A DNA stretch of 64,000 bases from an uncultured Alphaproteobacteria bacterium (GTDB lineage Bacteria > Pseudomonadota > Alphaproteobacteria > HIMB59 > GCA-002718135): contig CACKIH010000002.1 in the NCBI GenBank assembly GCA_902600225.1, positions 13,743-77,742 of the forward strand. Direction: 5' to 3'. Both the position numbers and the translations under genes were made by a program. Under the pieces are notes generated by a model. It saw only the letters and a list, made by a program, of their open reading frames with translations, was not told the origin of the DNA and ran no database searches. Of the stretch, positions 62,534 through 64,000 are shown in pieces (positions within the stretch are counted from its first letter, which is position 1; every line of letters starts with the position of its first letter).

Positions 62534-63401
62534 TTGGGAGACTATCTCTTATTTTTTGATACTGAAAATTCATCAATGGGAAAAAAATAAAAATTAAAAT
62601 TGATTTAATTGTTATAAAAGATTTTTCAAATAAATTTAAATATACTCTTTCTCTCAAATATTTTTTTTTATTATATTTTATCTTAATACCAATACCTCTA
62701 TAGACATTAGCCGCAATGAATATGCCTAGTCTAGTAGAAATAGGGATATATTTTAAACCAGCAAAACCATTTTTATAAAATTTTTCTGATAAACTTATTA
62801 CTCTAAGAATTGCATTTGATATTTTTTCATCTTTGTGTGCATTTGATTCACTAAGATCAGTTAAATTGTTTAGAGATATTTCAGGAAGCCAATCAGCAGG
62901 TAAATATATTCTTTCCATTTTTGAATCTTCATAAACGTCACGTGCTATATTTGTTAATTGCATACCAATACCCAAATCAATCGCAGATCGTGCAGCCTTT
63001 CTGTCTTTTACTCCAATAATTTTAGACATCATTAATCCAACAGTACCTGCGACATGATAAGAATATTGTATAAGTTCATCTTTATTCTTAATTTTAACTT
63101 TCTTCTGATCTAAAATTAACCCTTCAATTAAATCGATAAAAATATAATGATTAATTTTATTTTTTTGTAAAAAAATACTTACCTTATTGTTTTTATTTTT
63201 CTTAATTTCCTCAATTGTATTTTTAAGATAGCTTGTTTGATCTTTTCTATGTTTATCTGCTACATCGTCAAAATGTCTACAAATTGAATAAAGAATACCT
63301 GCCTTTATTTTTAGGTTTCTTGGTAAAAAAAAACTTGCCCAATAAAAACTTTTACCTTCTTTTTTAAGGTCAGCTAGTGAATTGGTTTCTAATTCAATCA
63401 T
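62520..63401 (-). CDS. crtB: Phytoene synthase CrtB
   Basis: Contains SFYWASFFLP, CRHFDDVAD (first Asp-rich motif) and NIARDVYED (second). Length is 293 aa. Confidence 0.9.
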   Translation of the reverse strand: MIELETNSLADLKKEGKSFYWASFFLPRNLKIKAGILYSICRHFDDVADKHRKDQTSYLKNTIEEIKKNKNNKVSIFLQKNKINHYIFIDLIEGLILDQKKVKIKNKDELIQYSYHVAGTVGLMMSKIIGVKDRKAARSAIDLGIGMQLTNIARDVYEDSKMERIYLPADWLPEISLNNLTDLSESNAHKDEKISNAILRVISLSEKFYKNGFAGLKYIPISTRLGIFIAANVYRGIGIKIKYNKKKYLRERVYLNLFEKSFITIKSILIFIFFPLMNFQYQKIRDSLPNENL

Positions 63402-63403
63402 TT

Positions 63404-64000
63404 TTATTTTAATTCAGCTTTAATTATATTTTCAACAACTTTAGCTGAAGAAAGCACGCCCGGAATACCTGCACCAGGATGGGAGCCTGCAGCAGAAAAA
63501 TATAAATTTTTAATTTTTTTATCTTTGTTGTGGTATCTAAACCAAGCTGATTGTGTAAAAATAGGAGCTATAGAAAAACCCGCTCCGTGCATAGAATTAT
63601 AATCATTTTTAAAATCTTTAGGATTCATCCAAAAAACATCAGTAATGGTCTTTTCTAAATCTGGCATAATGGTTTGTGATAATTCTTTTACTATTTTATT
63701 TTTTAGATTTTCTGATTCAATATCCCAATCAATATTGCCTTGTAAATTAGGTACTGGACACAGTACATAAAAACTATCGCAGCCGTCTGGAGCAAATGAT
63801 TTATCTGTTGCGGTAGGTCTATGAATGTATAAAGAAAAGTCATCAGATAAGATTTTATTTTTAAATATATCATGAAGTAAAGATTTAAATCTTTCTGTCA
63901 TCCAAATAGTATGATGAGCAACTTTATGATATTGTTTTTTTGTTCCAAAAAAAAGCACAAAAAGTCCCATCGAATACAATAGGTTTTGCTCTCTCAGTAC
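63404..64000 (-). CDS. crtI: Phytoene desaturase CrtI, C-terminal part; gene continues past window end
   Basis: Contains LLYSMGLFVLFFG, HHTIWM, YVLCPVPN and the C-terminal FSAAGSHPGAGIPGVLSSAKV. The reading frame is open to the window edge. Confidence 0.85.
   Translation of the reverse strand, partial: VLREQNLLYSMGLFVLFFGTKKQYHKVAHHTIWMTERFKSLLHDIFKNKILSDDFSLYIHRPTATDKSFAPDGCDSFYVLCPVPNLQGNIDWDIESENLKNKIVKELSQTIMPDLEKTITDVFWMNPKDFKNDYNSMHGAGFSIAPIFTQSAWFRYHNKDKKIKNLYFSAAGSHPGAGIPGVLSSAKVVENIIKAELK

Noticed and set aside
1-64000. CRISPR arrays, rRNA genes, IS elements, toxin-antitoxin pairs and recognisable anti-phage defence operons.
   Set aside because: I noticed no regularly spaced direct repeats, no rRNA-like conserved blocks, no terminal inverted repeats flanking transposase-like ORFs, and no nuclease/ATPase defence-type gene pairs while reading the window.

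Overview
This is a 64-kb segment of a very AT-rich, extremely gene-dense bacterial chromosome. Most intergenic gaps are under 100 bp and many genes overlap by 1, 4 or more nt. The gene content and order are GcrA, RpoH, CarD-FdxA, a SUV3-like helicase, a contiguous ccmABCDEFGH operon, ECF sigma-ChrR and a crtI-crtB-crtY-blh retinal operon. This indicates a streamlined marine alphaproteobacterium, most consistent with SAR11/Pelagibacterales. That assignment is an inference from composition and gene set; no search was run. I count about 66 protein-coding genes and one tRNA-Gly(GCC), with no rRNA, CRISPR, transposase or integrase. Most of the window is core housekeeping: ffh, dapF, mtaB, ftsY, pgk, dxs, panB, dusA, rpoH, acnA, ccm, folD, argG, tsaD, acs, tdk, rsmB and purH. 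The unusual content falls into five places. (i) A ~6.6-kb island between purH and tRNA-Gly carries three sulfotransferases, a 2OG-Fe(II) oxygenase and two orphan proteins, with a decayed tRNA-Gly 3' half (att-like scar) inside it. (ii) A tandem pair of paralogous TPR + GT9-like (heptosyltransferase-fold) proteins sits next to a GT8-like gene. (iii) A stand-alone, strongly signalled 58-aa gene encodes an (AAPKKKKK)n protein that is ~64% lysine and is built on a near-perfect 51-nt tandem duplication. (iv) purH is split at its interdomain linker by a 1-nt frame change in an A4 run. (v) A metallophosphoesterase-fold protein has its metal-ligand motifs substituted. Several smaller oddities are also reported. 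All functional calls come from reading the translated ORFs against remembered family motifs, and no database search was possible.
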